A DNA stretch of 64,000 nucleotides from Azolla caroliniana (lineage: Eukaryota > Plantae > Polypodiophyta): NCBI GenBank assembly GCA_043228905.1, contig JBHGNT010000008.1, positions 20,150,001 through 20,214,000 of the forward strand. The letters are read 5' to 3'. Position numbers and translations under genes: made by a program. Shown piece after piece: positions 13,000-26,381 of the stretch (position 1 is its first letter; every line of letters begins with the position of its first letter). Below the pieces are notes generated by a model. The model did not search any database. It had not been told where the DNA came from and saw only the letters and a list, made by a program, of their open reading frames with translations.

Positions 13000-15816
13000 T
13001 GTAAGGACTTGTCAGTGTATGATCAACAAACAACACATAAATATGTGACAAGAAGAGTAGACAAACAAGACGCTAAGCTTCATTGGTGATTCTCGTTATT
13101 CTCTATAGTCTCACACACAGAGACTCAAGATACAAGAGAGATTCTTAGTTACAATGTTAGGTTAGACCTTATATACTAAGCCCTCATGATTTGGATGTGT
13201 TCACACTACGATACAAGATGGAAGGAGTCGGCCTTTTATGACAAACTCCCCCGTAAAAGGACTACTCTTTCCTACATGTAAAAGTGATTTAGGGTTATCT
13301 CCCCCATGAATCTAGATTACAAGATTAATCTAAATTTATATTACAAGACACTTAGCATGTAGCTTGTTACGGGCATGAACATATAAAATCCCGTGGTGAG
13401 AATGTACCGTACTATTCTATACATGTGGATAAAGTGTGAAGGTTAAACGAGAGTGGAAAGAAGGGAAGGATTACTTTTAATCCTCGGGATTGAGACAACC
13501 TATTAGGCCAAGTGTGACTTTTCCCGGGGGCCTTGGGTTTCGCTATAAATATGGGGCCTAGGTACCCTCATTTCATCATCTCTTGACTTCGTCAAGACTC
13601 TGTTCTTGTGGTGGGTCAACTCTTCTAGCGAGCATGCCAGCACCAGGTATGACTCAATGCCACAACGGTGGTATGGGACACCGATCGAGGCTCGATTCCA
13701 TCTCGATCCCTTCGCTCAAGCGAGGTCAGGTGGATCGACATCCTTCTTTCTCTCTCTCCTTTCTTATTTATCTATCTTTGTTATCCTTATCATATGCTTA
13801 CTTTAGAACATAACTCTAACATAGCCAAGTTGTCAGAGGTGAAGTCGATGCCTAGCCTAGCTCAATTAGTTTCAAGGGATGGCTGGTTCAAGTTGGTTTA
13901 ATCGACTTGTTCGAATTGTTCTTTGTTTGAATCGGTCCAAGTGTTGAAATTGGCTTCTGTCCGATTCTCGATTTCGGCCTTATGTTGATTGTTCGTAACT
14001 CACTCAATGCTATTTCTTCAACCCCTTGTGTTTCCGAATTTGTCGATTTTGCTCTTCTCATGAATAAGTTCGGGTCAATTTTCAACTTCCCTTCTGCTCC
14101 TTGTTTGGCTTTCTTCTGCTAGTTGCTTGTCGTAGTTTCATCTTTGTCCTTAGTATTCCAAAGCGTTCATCTGGGAGTGGCTTCATCAGGCAATCAGTGA
14201 TGTTCCCCTCGGTGTCGATCTTCCATATTTCGAGTGTCTTTTCGGTTATCAGCTCCCGTGTGTGATGATGCCACACCTCAATGTGTTTTGTCTTCGCATG
14301 ATAGACAAGATTTTTGATGAGGTGAATTGCACTCTGTGAGTCATAATAGATGGTCGGCACTGGTCGATTGATTCAGCTTGTAGCCGAAAAGTCGGCCATT
14401 AGTTGGTGCAGCCAGATTCACTTCGTTCGCTGCCTCCGACATTGCTATGTACTCGACCTCTATGGTCCACAGGGCCGTGCACTCTTAGAGCTTTGACCTC
14501 CATGATATGGCATTGCCATCGTAGGTGAAGAGGTAGCCTGATGTTGACTTCTGATTCTCCGGATGCCCGACATAGTCGAAGTCGTTGTAGCCTTCAACTT
14601 CAGTCAAAATTTCCAAACCGAAAGTCAACTGTGCATCTTTAGTTCCTCTCAGATACCTCAAGATGTGTTTGACAGCCTCCCAATGCTTCCATCTTGGGTT
14701 CGACATGTACTGACTGACGACCACCACGACATATGCGAGATCGTCGGGTCGTCACCATCGTCGATGCATAGGGTATCTTTCCATTGAGCTCTTTCTCCTT
14801 GTCCGTTGAAGGAGAGTCTTTGTCTGATAGTCAAATTGACGTATGGGATGGAGTTGGTGCTAACTTCACATTCTGCATATTGAAGCGCCTCAGTACCTTT
14901 CCGATGAAGTCAGACTGGGAGAGTCGAAGAGTCTTTGTGTTCCGATTTTGCACAATCCTCATGCCCAGTATGTGTCAAGCTTGTCCGAATTCCTTCATCA
15001 TGAACTTGTCGTGAAGGCCCCGCTTTAGCTTTCCGATTTCGGTTAGATTGCTCTTAGCAATTAGCATGTCATTGACATATAGGATTAGATATATCCGGGA
15101 CTCATCGGCTAGTTGCTAAGTATATAAACATGGATCGGAATCGTACTGGCTATACCCAAGTTGTCGGATGTAGGAATCGATTTTCTAGTACCACATCCTC
15201 GGGACTTGTTTTAAGCCGTATAGGCTTTTCTTCAATCGACACAAGATGACTTTCCTCCCCCATTGCTGAGAAGCCTGCCGGTTGGGACATGTAAATGTTC
15301 TCTTCGAAGTCTCTGTGTAGGAATACCGTCTTTACATCGAGTTTCTCAAGCTCTAGGTCCTTTGTCGCCACGACTCTGAGTAGAAGTCAAAGGGTGGTCA
15401 TCTTGATGACTGGAAAAAATATCTCGTCATAGTCAACTCCATGTTCTTGCTTGAAACCTTTTGCGACGAGCCAAGGTTTGTATTTGGGTTGATTTGAATC
15501 GGTACATATTTGTACGAAAAGACTTATTTACAAGGTAAAAGCTTCCTTTCGGCTAATATCAACTAGCTTTAATGTCTGATTCTTATGAATCAAGTCCATC
15601 TCGGATTTCATGGCTTCTAGCCATGTGTCGGCATTCAGTGCAACCATAGCTTCTGTATAAGTGATTGCTCTGCCTGCATTGGTGTAGTTGACGTAGTCGA
15701 GGCCTGGTTGATAGAATTCGGTCGTCCTTCGAGCTTGTGTGGATCTCCTGGGTGCCGATAGTGTCCGTTCGACTACTTCAATTGGTTCGGTTGGCCAAAT
15801 GAAATTACTTAGACCA
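13000..15816 (-). mobile_element. 3' portion of a degenerate Copia element (RT, RNase H, 3' UTR, 3' LTR 13000-13243)
   Basis: LDVKTVFLH, HWEAVKHILRYLRGT, DSQSAIHL...KHIEV on the minus strand; PPT GGGGGAGTT adjoining LTR start TGTCAT at 13243. Confidence 0.85.
13365..13821 (+). mobile_element. Solo LTR of chromovirus family B
   Basis: TG...CA, TSD TAGCT/TAGCC; homologous to 24265-24718 and to the split LTR 15817-16009 + 22627-22892. Confidence 0.85.
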
Positions 15817-16009
15817 TGTGAGAGTTTTATTCTAAAGTAAGCATAGGATAAGGATGTAAAGATAAATAGATAAGAAAGGAGAGAGAGAAAGAAGGGTGCC
15901 TATCCACCCGACCACCCTTGAGCGAAGGGATCGAGATGGACTCGAGCCTCGATTGGCATCCCATACCACCGTCGTGGCGTCAAGTTGTACATGGTGTTGG
16001 CGTGATCGT

Positions 16010-19000
16010 TGTCGCGTTGATATGCGCGTGTGTGTAGAAAGAGGCGGGACCACAGGGGCCTTGAACCGAGGAGCGAGAGAGAGAGAGAGAGAGAAGAGAA
16101 GAGTTGCAGATACGCAAAGGGAGAAGGAAAGAGAAAGAAACGACACTCTTAATTACAGTAACAATCGATTACAATGTCCAGAGATTGCAAACTCTGACGA
16201 TTACAACTGGCAAGGCAGCGACGGTCCCGACACGGGGATCCTACTCACGCACACAGACAGAACACACTCGACTCAAAGAAACAAAAGAAAGGGGGGGGGG
16301 GGGGTGAGCCTCTGCTGGAAGCACACGGGCTGTCCATGAAGTAGAGGCAGCGGTGAACGACGATCAGAGGAGAAGAGAGAGCTCGGCACTCTGTTTTGCA
16401 ACAGCACCTCCTCCTCCCCAACGCGCGATCTTTGGTCCTCCTTCTCTCCCTCCTTAAATAGTTCGCAATTCTTCCCTAGTCAAATTGCTTTATTCCCTGT
16501 CCCTTTCGATAGAGATACGCACAATCCCCTAATAAATGTATACTACCTAGTATTTGCATTAGTCGTACTCCAAGAATCAATCGCCTTCCTCGATCTTCTT
16601 TGGTCGCAACTGGTGCGTCTGGTTGAACTGGGTCTTGTTCCGCTCCCTTGCTGCCCGCAACTTTTCCTTCACCCGTTTCATGTCCTCCAGCCTCCGCTCG
16701 AATTGCCGAATCCGCGCCGCCAGCAACTCCTCCCAGTTCATCTCGTCCTTCCAACCTACCGCCGCCCATGAAGAAACCCTTTGTTCCACCGGCATGATTA
16801 GCTTCTGTCCGTACATCAGCTCTGCTGGCATAAACCTTGTCACCGAACTGTGCGTAGTTCGGTCCACCCATAGTGCGTAAGGAAGGAGCCGCGGCCAATT
16901 CACGACCTGCCCTTCGCACCAACGCACCAACGCCTTTACGATCAGCCCGTGCCCACGTTCTACCTTGCCGTTCACCTCCGGATTGTACGCCATAGTGAGG
17001 GAGAGTTTGACCCCTAGCCGATCGAACAGCTCCTCAGCTTCCCGCGAATCCAGCTCTCCCCGGTCTGCCACGATCTTCCCGACGCACCCGTACCGACACA
17101 CTACCTCTTCGGTCAGGAACTGGCATACCGCCGCGGTTGTCTTGTTTTGCAGTGCACGACCTTCCACTTGGTTCGTTAAATCTTCCCGCGCAAGCACCAG
17201 GTATCGCATCTGTCCTACTCCCATCGGCATCTTCACCAAGTCCATCATCCACTTGAAATGGACCGTAGGCGGGTAGGTCGGGTGTAGCTCGTCTCGATGT
17301 CGGACTACAGAGTGTATTTGACAGCTTTCGCAAGTCATTACGAACCGATGCACGTCTCGATACAGCCCCGGCCATGAGTACTTCTCTTTTAGCTTCTCAA
17401 ACGTGGCCCACGTTCCGCGGTGCCCCAGCCCAAGGACTCTTGTGAAATGCCTCCAGTAGTCCCTCCTGTTCTTCTTTCTTTGCCTCTACTTGGAGCAGGA
17501 TGCCGTTTTTCTTCTTTGGGTGCCTCCATATGCACTCGTCCCGCAGGAAGAATCGCTACGCCTTCTTCCGTACCCGGCTCGCCTCTTCTCTCGTCCACGC
17601 TGCGTCCGGTGTCATCGCCCATAGGAACCTCCCGATTTGGAGCCACTCCCCATCGTACTTGCTTTCGTCAAAATCGTTAAGCGCCGGAGTGTCCTCTTTC
17701 CTCGTCGTTACGTTAGCCGACCCGAAGAAGTCCTCGCCGACTTCTTCGTCATCCGAAACCATGCCGTCTTCGTCGTTGAACCTCGCTCTCGAAAGCATAT
17801 CGTCCATGGCATTATCTTTTTCGGAGATGTGCCATATCTCCGGGTTTAGGAACTTAATGTACGCTATCCACCGGAGCATTGCTAGGTCCGGTGTCGCGCA
17901 TCCGGAAACCATGCCGAGTATCGGTAGGCAGTCCGTCTCGATGATCACCTCCGTCCCGATCAGATAGTCCTTGTCGGCCTTGACTGCCGAAACGATACCC
18001 CAAAGCTCGTGCTTAACATGGGCGTATCCTCGCTACCGCTCGCTCAATACCTTCACCCCGAACCGGATCGAGAACCGTACGCCGTCCTTGTCCTCCTGAC
18101 TGATTACCCACCCGATCCCGGTCGGGCTCGTGTCCACCATCACGCAAATGGGGACATCTTTGCCGTAAACTGCTTTTCGGAGAGCCGATGCTATCGTAAG
18201 AGCCTCCTTTAGTCTCCGTACCAACTCCGTGTGCTCCGTCCTCCACTCAAAGCTACGCCCCTTTTTCAATAGTCCGTAGAGGGGTTCCGCGACATGTGTG
18301 TAGTGCGGGATCCAGATGTGGTAGAACGCGCATGCACCCAGGAATCTACGGATTTCCGTAACCGACCCGCAATCGTTCCTCATCGTGGAGATGGCTTCTA
18401 CCTTTGCCGGAGACGGTTTCCTACCATAAGGCCCGCACAGGTGTCTGACCACCAGGACCTCCGACTGCCTGAACGCCGATTTTTCTCTGGAGAAGGTGAG
18501 TCGTGCGTTTTCGAGCCTCTGCAGCACCTTCTCGCAGTCGTTGATGTGGTTCACGATGAACCTCCGGCATCTGTCTGGCCCTACAGTCTCGTCCGCATCA
18601 ACCATCGGACACCCCTTTATCGGGATGTCGTCCAAGAATGGCATGGTGATGTCTGGGATGCAGTCCCTCAGAACCTTGTTCATTGCGTTCACCATATGCG
18701 CCACCGAATTCGTCCCGCCTTGTGGTAGGGTACACATCCATACTAGGCCAAGATGGGTTCGCATCGTCGTGATATCCCTGCTCTCCACGACTAGCTGGAA
18801 CTGGTCGTACCCCGAGTATAAGTCACCGACCGAATAGATCGACCTTCCAGTGAAGGCCTCCGCGAACTCGTCTATGGTCGGTTCGATTCCTGCGCTACGG
18901 ATGGTCACCCTGTTGACCGATTGCAGGTCCTGAATGAAGCGCAGCGTGCTGTTCTTCTTTGGCACCATAAACCACCGGTTTGAATACGGGGCACTCGGCG

Positions 19001-22000
19001 GTTCGAGGATGCCCATCTCCACCCTCTGCTTTAGAAGCTCCATCAACTTCGGGATGTGAGCTCTCGGCACTGGAATTGGTTTGAGATTCCACGGTACATG
19101 CAGTATCGTGAAGATCACCATCGGTTCGACGATCGTCGGGTCCACACCCGATCTCCTCCTACAAGAACGCGAAGGATTTCCCATGCCTTCCGAGCATTCT
19201 CCGAAACCTGTCCTCCTCCGCCGGTAGTAGGAAGCCACCCCCACCGACCTTGAGCTCCCGTAGCATTATGTCGGTGAACCGGTGCCCTATGCCAGCCAAA
19301 TTCCGTAAACTTCGGTCCGACATGACCCCTTTTATCCACTCCTCGCTGCCCTTCGGCAAGGGTGCCGCGACTGGCCTCACCTTCCGGTCCACAATCTTGT
19401 ACTTTGTATCCACGAGGGCCGTGCGATCTGACCCGATCCTTTCCCCGAAGTCCGCGATGACTTCGTACATTCCCATCAAACTAACCGGAACGGTCTGGTC
19501 TTCTCTAAGGTCTTCACCGATCACCTTTCGTAACTCGCCTAGGATGTCGTCAAAAGAGACCGCCTCCACGGCGCCGTTGATCTCTTTGTCGGGGGAGAGG
19601 ACTCCGCATCCCTTGAGCCATTCCTCCGCTCGCTTCCTTTCCCGTCCGCTGATGCTGGCTATAGTACAACCTCCATTTTTGGAGAACCAAAACTTCCTCC
19701 CTACTGTACATGTGTGGGGTTCTTCTGGTACGTCTGAACTACCGCGGCCCCACGCCTTGATAGCCGTCTTTAAAAATCCCCTCGGCTGTCACCGCCGAGG
19801 GTCTCGCGATTCTTCTCATGTTTCGGACGTAAGGTCATGAATTGGACGGAATGCCGACCGTCCTGGCTTTTGACGCACGCGTACGTCAAACCGTTGTCCA
19901 ACACCTTCATCTCCATGCGTGTTGCCGTAATGTATGGTTTGCCGAGAATCACCGGGTGCGAGGATGTTTCCTGCACGAAGAAATGTTGATCTATCTCGAC
20001 TTCACTGACCTTTACGCGTATATTCGGGCACGCACCATGCAGCTCCTCCGTAGCACGCGTCACCGCGCGTATCTTCCACCCATGCTTGGTGTTGATCGGC
20101 CATTTACCCCTCTTGTAGAAATCCATGGACATCAGATTGATTTCGGATCCATGGTCTACCAAGGCCACCACCTGTTCCAGAACGTCGCCGATACGCACAG
20201 GGGTTTCCGTAGTTGCCCTGGCCCAATGCGGCTTCGCATAGTGGCTTTCCGCCAACTTGTCTTCTAGGGTCACGTCTTCTAAGTGCGTAGTCCGCACCTC
20301 CACTGTCTTCTCCGGTTCTGGCTCCGTCGAGAGCCTCTTCCACTTCACCAGGTCTATGATGGAGTCGTGGAACTCCCTCTTGGCGATTCCTAGCACCTCC
20401 TGCAATGGCAGCTCCACTTTACTGTCGCGGATCCGCTCTTCAAGGACCTTCTATAGGTCCGTTGCTCTCTCAATTTCGTTGCTCAACCGAAACCCCACCT
20501 GCGTCTTTCCGTCCGGCGCGCTTGGGTTGCTGGCACCGGTAGGTTTTGGTCTGAATTGGGTCTCGTACCTCTGCAGGGGACCGACCCCCCCGGCCTTTCT
20601 AGCCCGTTTGTCTTCCACCAGAACCTTGTAGTTCTGGCAAGCGGCTTCTACGATGCCCGTTTTCTCTTCGACCGGATCATCCCATCCGATGACCTCCTGG
20701 ACCCGCTGTTTCGTGCGGTCCGCCTCTTCCTTCTTCAGCCGAACTCCGGAGAGGCCCTCTAGCACTAGCAACCAGAATCCGGAGTCCTTCACCTTCCGGG
20801 TCTCATCACCCCCGACCCGAATTCCCACTGAAACTGAGTAGTTAACAGCTTCTACGTGCCGTGTCGCGGGCTCTTCCATCAACCTCTTCATTCCGCTGCG
20901 CCCCGTATTTAGTTCTAGGGCTCTCCGGGTCTCGCTCGCGTGCACCCACTCGTTCTAGAGGTACACCACGTTGGTCCTGAGCGCGTCGGCGAAATCCGCA
21001 CAATCCTTTCGAATGTATCCGATCATGTCACACCACATGCACCGCTGCCCAACCGGCGGCCTCCGGTCGTGAGGTTGTTCGCCGCTGTCCCTCCGTGTAT
21101 GTGTGATCTACAGGTCGCGCACAATCTGTGTCAGCTCCTCCAGAGCCGCTCCTCCGGATGGGCCTCTGACCACGTCGTTCGATGCCGACCCCGACTCCAG
21201 CCAAATTCGGGCCTCTTCCTTCCTATCGGTTGGCACCGACACCAGCTCCTCGAACCTCCACGCCGGGACCAGCCCTGACCCCGACGAGCTTTCGACACTC
21301 CAATCGTGCCGCTTGTCAAAATGCCTGCAGACCCGTTTTACCACAACCCAATCTGCCGTGAGCCCTTCGTCCGTTTCCAATACGGGACCCATCTTTTCCT
21401 TGTCGAGTGCATCCACCGACTTAACAAACAGTAGTACATGACTCGTTTCGAGCACGGTCCGGTCCAGCGTCGACAGCCACGCTAACTGTTTTTCGAGCTC
21501 CTAGAGGAGCGCCGACGTGTTCGTCCCCTTTCCGGGGCTTTCCACCCACACCATGAAGTCCCGCCTCGATAGCCGAAGCGAGTCATCAAACCCATACTTC
21601 TCAAGGAGCTGCAACTCGAACTACTCCCAAGTCTGGCATCCGGCCAACACCTTGAGCACCTCCGCGTGGATGCCCGGCATCACCACCCGAGGGAATCCGG
21701 ACAGCCGCCTGTCCACAGGGATATCCCTTATGATCATTTCGGCTCGGTAAGCCTCCAAATAACTTGTGGCGTCTTTCCCTCCGAACCGGCCTATAGTGTC
21801 GACGATCGATCCAATGGCTCTGTCGAGGGTACCCGTCCCCTCACGAGCGCTTACAAGCCGGTCAACGGCTACCGCCATTGTCTCTGCTAGGTCCGATCCC
21901 CTCATCTTTCGACTCCTTCGCCGCCTTTTCACGTCGGGTTCACCAAAGATGTCACGTTGATACACGCGTGCATGTAGAAAGAGGCGGGACCACGGGGGCC

Positions 22001-22626
22001 TTGAACCGAGGAGCGAGAGAGAGAGAGAGAAGAGAAGAGTTGCAGATACGCAAAGGGAGAAGGAAAGAGAAAGAAACGACACTCTTAATTACAGTAATAG
22101 TCGATTACAATATCCAGAGATTGCAAACTCTAACGATTACAACCGGCAAGGCGGCGATGGTCCCGACATGGGGATCCTACTCACACACACAGACAGAACA
22201 CATTCGACTCAAAGAAACAAAAGAAAGGGGGGGGGGGATGAGCCTCTGCTGGAAGCACACGGGCTGTCCACGAAGCAGAGGCAGCGAACTCCCGACACCC
22301 ACAGTGAACGACGATCAGAGGAGAAGAGAGAGCTCGACACTCCATTCTGTAGCAGCACCTCCTCCTCCCCAACGTGCGATATTTGGTCCTCCTTCTCTCC
22401 CTCCTTAAATAGTTCGCAATTCTTCCCTAGTCAAATCTCTTTATTCCCTGTCCCTTTCGACAGAGATACGCACAATCCCCTAATAAATGTATACTACCTA
22501 GTATTTGCATCAGCCGACCCAATTATGAATCATGTACAAAATATCAATTCACATGTTTATCCTTGTAAGAGCTGGTTCATGCGCCTTTTTCTTCGATTCC
22601 GCCTTTGGCCTATTTTCTTCACGACA
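16010..22626 (-). mobile_element. Phygy-like non-chromovirus Gypsy element 1 (5' LTR 21950-22626; 3' LTR 16010-~16565, partly deleted)
   Basis: Two homologous LTRs; flanks TCGT/TCGC; gag (ATG 21905), PR LVDHGSEINL, RT DLYSGYDQF/FLDDI, RH DTSPTGIG, INT GHRGTWATF...GKVERGH; degenerate. Confidence 0.9.
21928..21945 (-). promoter_or_regulatory. Primer-binding site complementary to tRNA-Trp
   Basis: Plus strand TTCACGTCGGGTTCACCA equals the recalled 3' end of plant cytosolic tRNA-Trp(CCA); 4 nt from the 5' LTR; degenerate copy at 38382-38399. Confidence 0.8.
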
Positions 22627-23174
22627 TCGCTACAAGAATTGACCCACCACAAGAACGGAGTCTCGACGTAGTTAAGAGATGATGAAATGAGGGTAACTAG
22701 GCCTCATATTTATAGCCAGACTCAAGGCAACCAGGCAAGTTCACACTTGGCGTAATGGTTGTCTCAATCCCAAGGATTAAAAGTAATCATTCCCTTCTTT
22801 ACAGTCTCGTTTAACCCTCACCCTTTATCCACGTGTATAGAATACTATGGTACATACTCAAGAAGGGATATTATATGGTCCTGCCTGTAACATACTCCCT
22901 TTAAAACATTGCACTCTTTCGGGGAAAAGTTAGGGAAGTTAGTTCTAAGAGTATTTTCGTGTTCCCAAGTGGCATCTTTTATAGACTTATCCATCCATTT
23001 AATTTTAAATTCTCAGATTATTTTAGAATGCAATTTTTTTGTTTTAACATCGAGAATTCTTTTTGGTACATGTGGTTTAGAAGATAATTCTTCAGAAGTA
23101 ACCAGAGTTTCAATTGTCACTGTATTATCGTTAGAACCAAGAAGTTCTTTTAGGCGACTTACATGGAAAACTAG

Positions 23175-25709
23175 AGCCTCCTGGCTTTCAATCGGAGATG
23201 AACAAGTCGGCGGTATGCCGGCTGAAGAAGTCGTTGTACGGCCTGAAGCAAGCCCCTCGAGCTTGGAATGTGAAGATCACGCACCGGTTGCGTAAAATGG
23301 GGTTTGTGGCCTCCAAATCGGACTCTTCATTGTTCATTCGGCAAGGCTCAGCCGGTCTGGTATGTATAATGTTGTATGTTGATGATCTAGTCATCACCAG
23401 ACCGGGTGTTCCAGAAATCAACCGTGTCAAGTCCCAGTTGTCGGACGCATTTGAGATGAAGGATTTGGGGGACCTTCATTATTTTCTAGGGATCGAGGTG
23501 ATCCGAACCCCGAACGGCATATTGCTCTCACAACGACATTACGTCTTGAATATGTTGTACAAATTCAGCATGACAGAATGCTGAGTCAGACCTGTCTCCA
23601 CACCCTTGGACCGGAACCAGAAGCTTCATCCCAACTCCGGACCGGCTTGCAACGAGCAACGGTTCCGACAAATTGTCGGAAGCCTTATTTACTTGACTAT
23701 CATGCGACCCAACATCAGTTATTCGGTCGGAATGATAAGCCAGTTCATGCAGCAGCGGACTGTGGAGCACCTTCAGTGCGCACACCGGATATTGCGATAT
23801 GTCAGCGACACGAAGGACCGGGGACTGTTATACCGGCACGGTATACCCGAAGAGCTAGTCGGTTACACAGATGTCGACTGGGCCGGCGATGCATCAGATC
23901 ACCGATCAACCTCCGGTTACATGTTTTCCCTAGGTAGCGCGGCTGTTGCGTGGAGCAGCAAAAAGCAGCCAGCAATTGCTCTGTCGAGCACTGAGGCTGA
24001 GTATCGGGGCACTACCCTTGCCACCTGTGAAGCCATTTGGCTTCGGCGACTACTGCAAGACCTACGGATCGAGGTACCGACCCCGATTCTAGTCTATTGT
24101 GACAACATCAACAACATGCAACTCGCCAAGATCCCCGTATTCCATGCTCGCACAAAGCACATAGAAGTGCACTATCACTTCGTGCGTGAGCGTGTCCTAA
24201 GCGGTGAGGTCGAACTTCGGTATATTCACACGGATTTGCAAGTTGCCGACATCTTCACCAAACCTATTAGAGATCTAGGTACTCAAGTAAGCTTAAGATA
24301 AGGATAAACTAATGATAGATAGAAAGGAGAAAGAGAAAGAAGGGTGCCGATCCACCCGACCACCCCCGAGCGAAGGGATCGAGACGGACTCGAGCCTCGA
24401 TCGGCGTCCCATACCACCGTCGTGGCGTTGAGTCGTACCTAGTGCTGGCGCGCTCACTACAAGAGTTGACCCACACAAGAGCAGAGTCTCAATGTAGTCA
24501 AAAGATGATTAAATGAGGGTAGCTAGGCCTCTTAGTTATAGCGATACCCAAGGCCCCCACGCAAGTTCACACTTGACCTAATGGGTTGTCTCAATCCCGA
24601 GGATTAAAAGTAATCCTCCCCTTCTTTACACTCTCGTTTAACCCTCACACTTATCCACGTGTATAGAATACTACGGTAAATTCTCACCACGGGATATTAA
24701 ATGGTCATGCCCGTAACAAAACCGCTCGGATCGGACAAGTTGCAGCACTTCACCGAGATGCTTGGTGTTCAGCATCTCGACGTGCCACACTTGAGGGGGA
24801 GAACGGGCAAAGACGCCGGAATGGGCAAAGGCAAAGAGACCGCCGATTGCGCCGGTGAGGGAAGAACCGACAGTGGCAGAGTCAAGAAGGACAGAGCCGA
24901 CCGAAGGAAGAAGGCCAAGACCCGAACGTGGTATGATGTGGTGAAGGGCCTTAAACCGAAAGACGAGTCGGAGGATACCGACTCAGACAAGAACTGGAAC
25001 GAATCGGGGACAACCGATTCGGACCAACAGACGGATCCGGATGAACCGAATCAATTGGAGGCCAAGCAGACACAGATGCAGTGAAAGTCGATGCCATCGC
25101 GGAGGAACTGACAGATCATCAAGCGCCGGAGTCATAGCAGCGAAGGAGCTGAGAGGGGCCTATTGAGCAAACCGAACCGGACCGGACGAGGAGCGCGAGC
25201 AAGGCGGAGCAACGCCAAGAGAAGTCGATTGGAAGAACCGACTGCCATAGAGGCTGACACTAGGATCCAACCTCAAGTTGAGCTTGAGGGGGAGTGTTGA
25301 GCGGCAAGCTCAACTGGAGCCGGATCGGCTGGATAAGCCTGAGCCAGTGAGCGAGACGAATTGTTAAGCCGGTGAGCAACCGAGCCGGCAAACAACAGAG
25401 ACGGTGAGCTAGGGAGCCGGTTAGCCGGATCCAATCGGTAACCGAAAGCCTAGTATTAGTTTAGACTACTAGGCAATTATAGTCTCGTAGTAAGTGTCAG
25501 ATGCTCGTGTGAGCATTGAAGTACGCGGTACTTCTGTTAGTCCCACGGGGGGCTTGTATAAATAGTGCTACTGAGCACTTTTGTAACTACAGAGTGATTA
25601 TATTGTTTTGAATATAGCTTTTACGTTTTGCTCTCTCTGTCTCTCCCGTGTACTTTGTGTATTCTCTACTTCCTCTGTTTTCTAACGCTTCCTCAAGTAA
25701 TCGTTCACA
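23175..25709 (+). mobile_element. 3' portion of a family-A Copia (RT, RNase H, 3' LTR 25295-25709)
   Basis: KKSLYGLKQAPRAW, LYVDDL, DVDWAG, KHIEVHYHF; PPT TTGAGGGGGAG at 25284-25294; LTR starts TGTTGAG..CAAGCTCAAC like the 5181 LTR. Confidence 0.9.
24265..24718 (-). mobile_element. Solo LTR of chromovirus family B
   Basis: Perfect TSD AAACC (24260-24264, 24719-24723); removal restores IFTKPLGSD. Confidence 0.9.
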
Positions 25710-26381
25710 TTGGATGTCACATAGAAGTTAGAACTATCTCAAATGTCATCCAACATTTGGATCAAAATGGCATGCTAGTTTGAGTCATTAAATGAAATGT
25801 CAATTTATGAATCATTGACCATTTCATGTGCAATCGTTTAAAATCTAGTATTTGGTCCTAAAGAAATCCTACATCGTGTCCCCTCTTGAGGACGGCTTGT
25901 GAAGGCTCAAGGTGATTGGTTTTTCTCTCCCTCTCCTCTCTTACATATATATATATAGCTAGGGGAAATTCGGGATGAATTGTAATTTGTAGCTAGCCAT
26001 GATACATTGCCTCCATTATTTGAAAGTCACATTAACTTCACAATTTGGAAGTCACATTATTTCCACTATTTAAATGTAGGGGTGAACCTGGACCTTTACC
26101 ACCTATGTAAAACATATATGAAACTCCAAAAAAATTGAGATTTCTAGCATCGTCAATAGAGAACAACACAAAATACTCAACGAATTGAGATTCAACGTTG
26201 CCAACCATTGTGTTTTTATTTTTGGACTAGTGTGTCTGTTATTGGTGGCCTTAGCAAAGAATCAAGAGTTAAGACGTATCTATTATTCAATGAGAATGTT
26301 ACCATATTGGTCAAAGTACATCATCCCCAAGATCTTTTCTTAAGCCAAACTTTGTTAGGATCCTCCTTTGACACACATGTT

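Larger units (their letters stand above)
15817..23172 (-). mobile_element. 3' remnant of a chromovirus Gypsy (family B): integrase C-terminus/chromodomain 22893-23172 and 3' LTR split into 15817-16009 and 22627-22892 by a Phygy-like insertion
   Basis: Minus-strand VFHVSRLKE...PKRILDVK...IKWMDKSIKDATWEHENTLRTNFP; PPT AAAGGGAGTA next to the LTR end at 22892. Confidence 0.8.

Noticed and set aside
15805-15816. TGG-starting sequence next to the family-B LTR, resembling a PBS
   Set aside because: The PPT and chromodomain at 22893 show this is a 3' LTR, so the sequence is host Copia flank.
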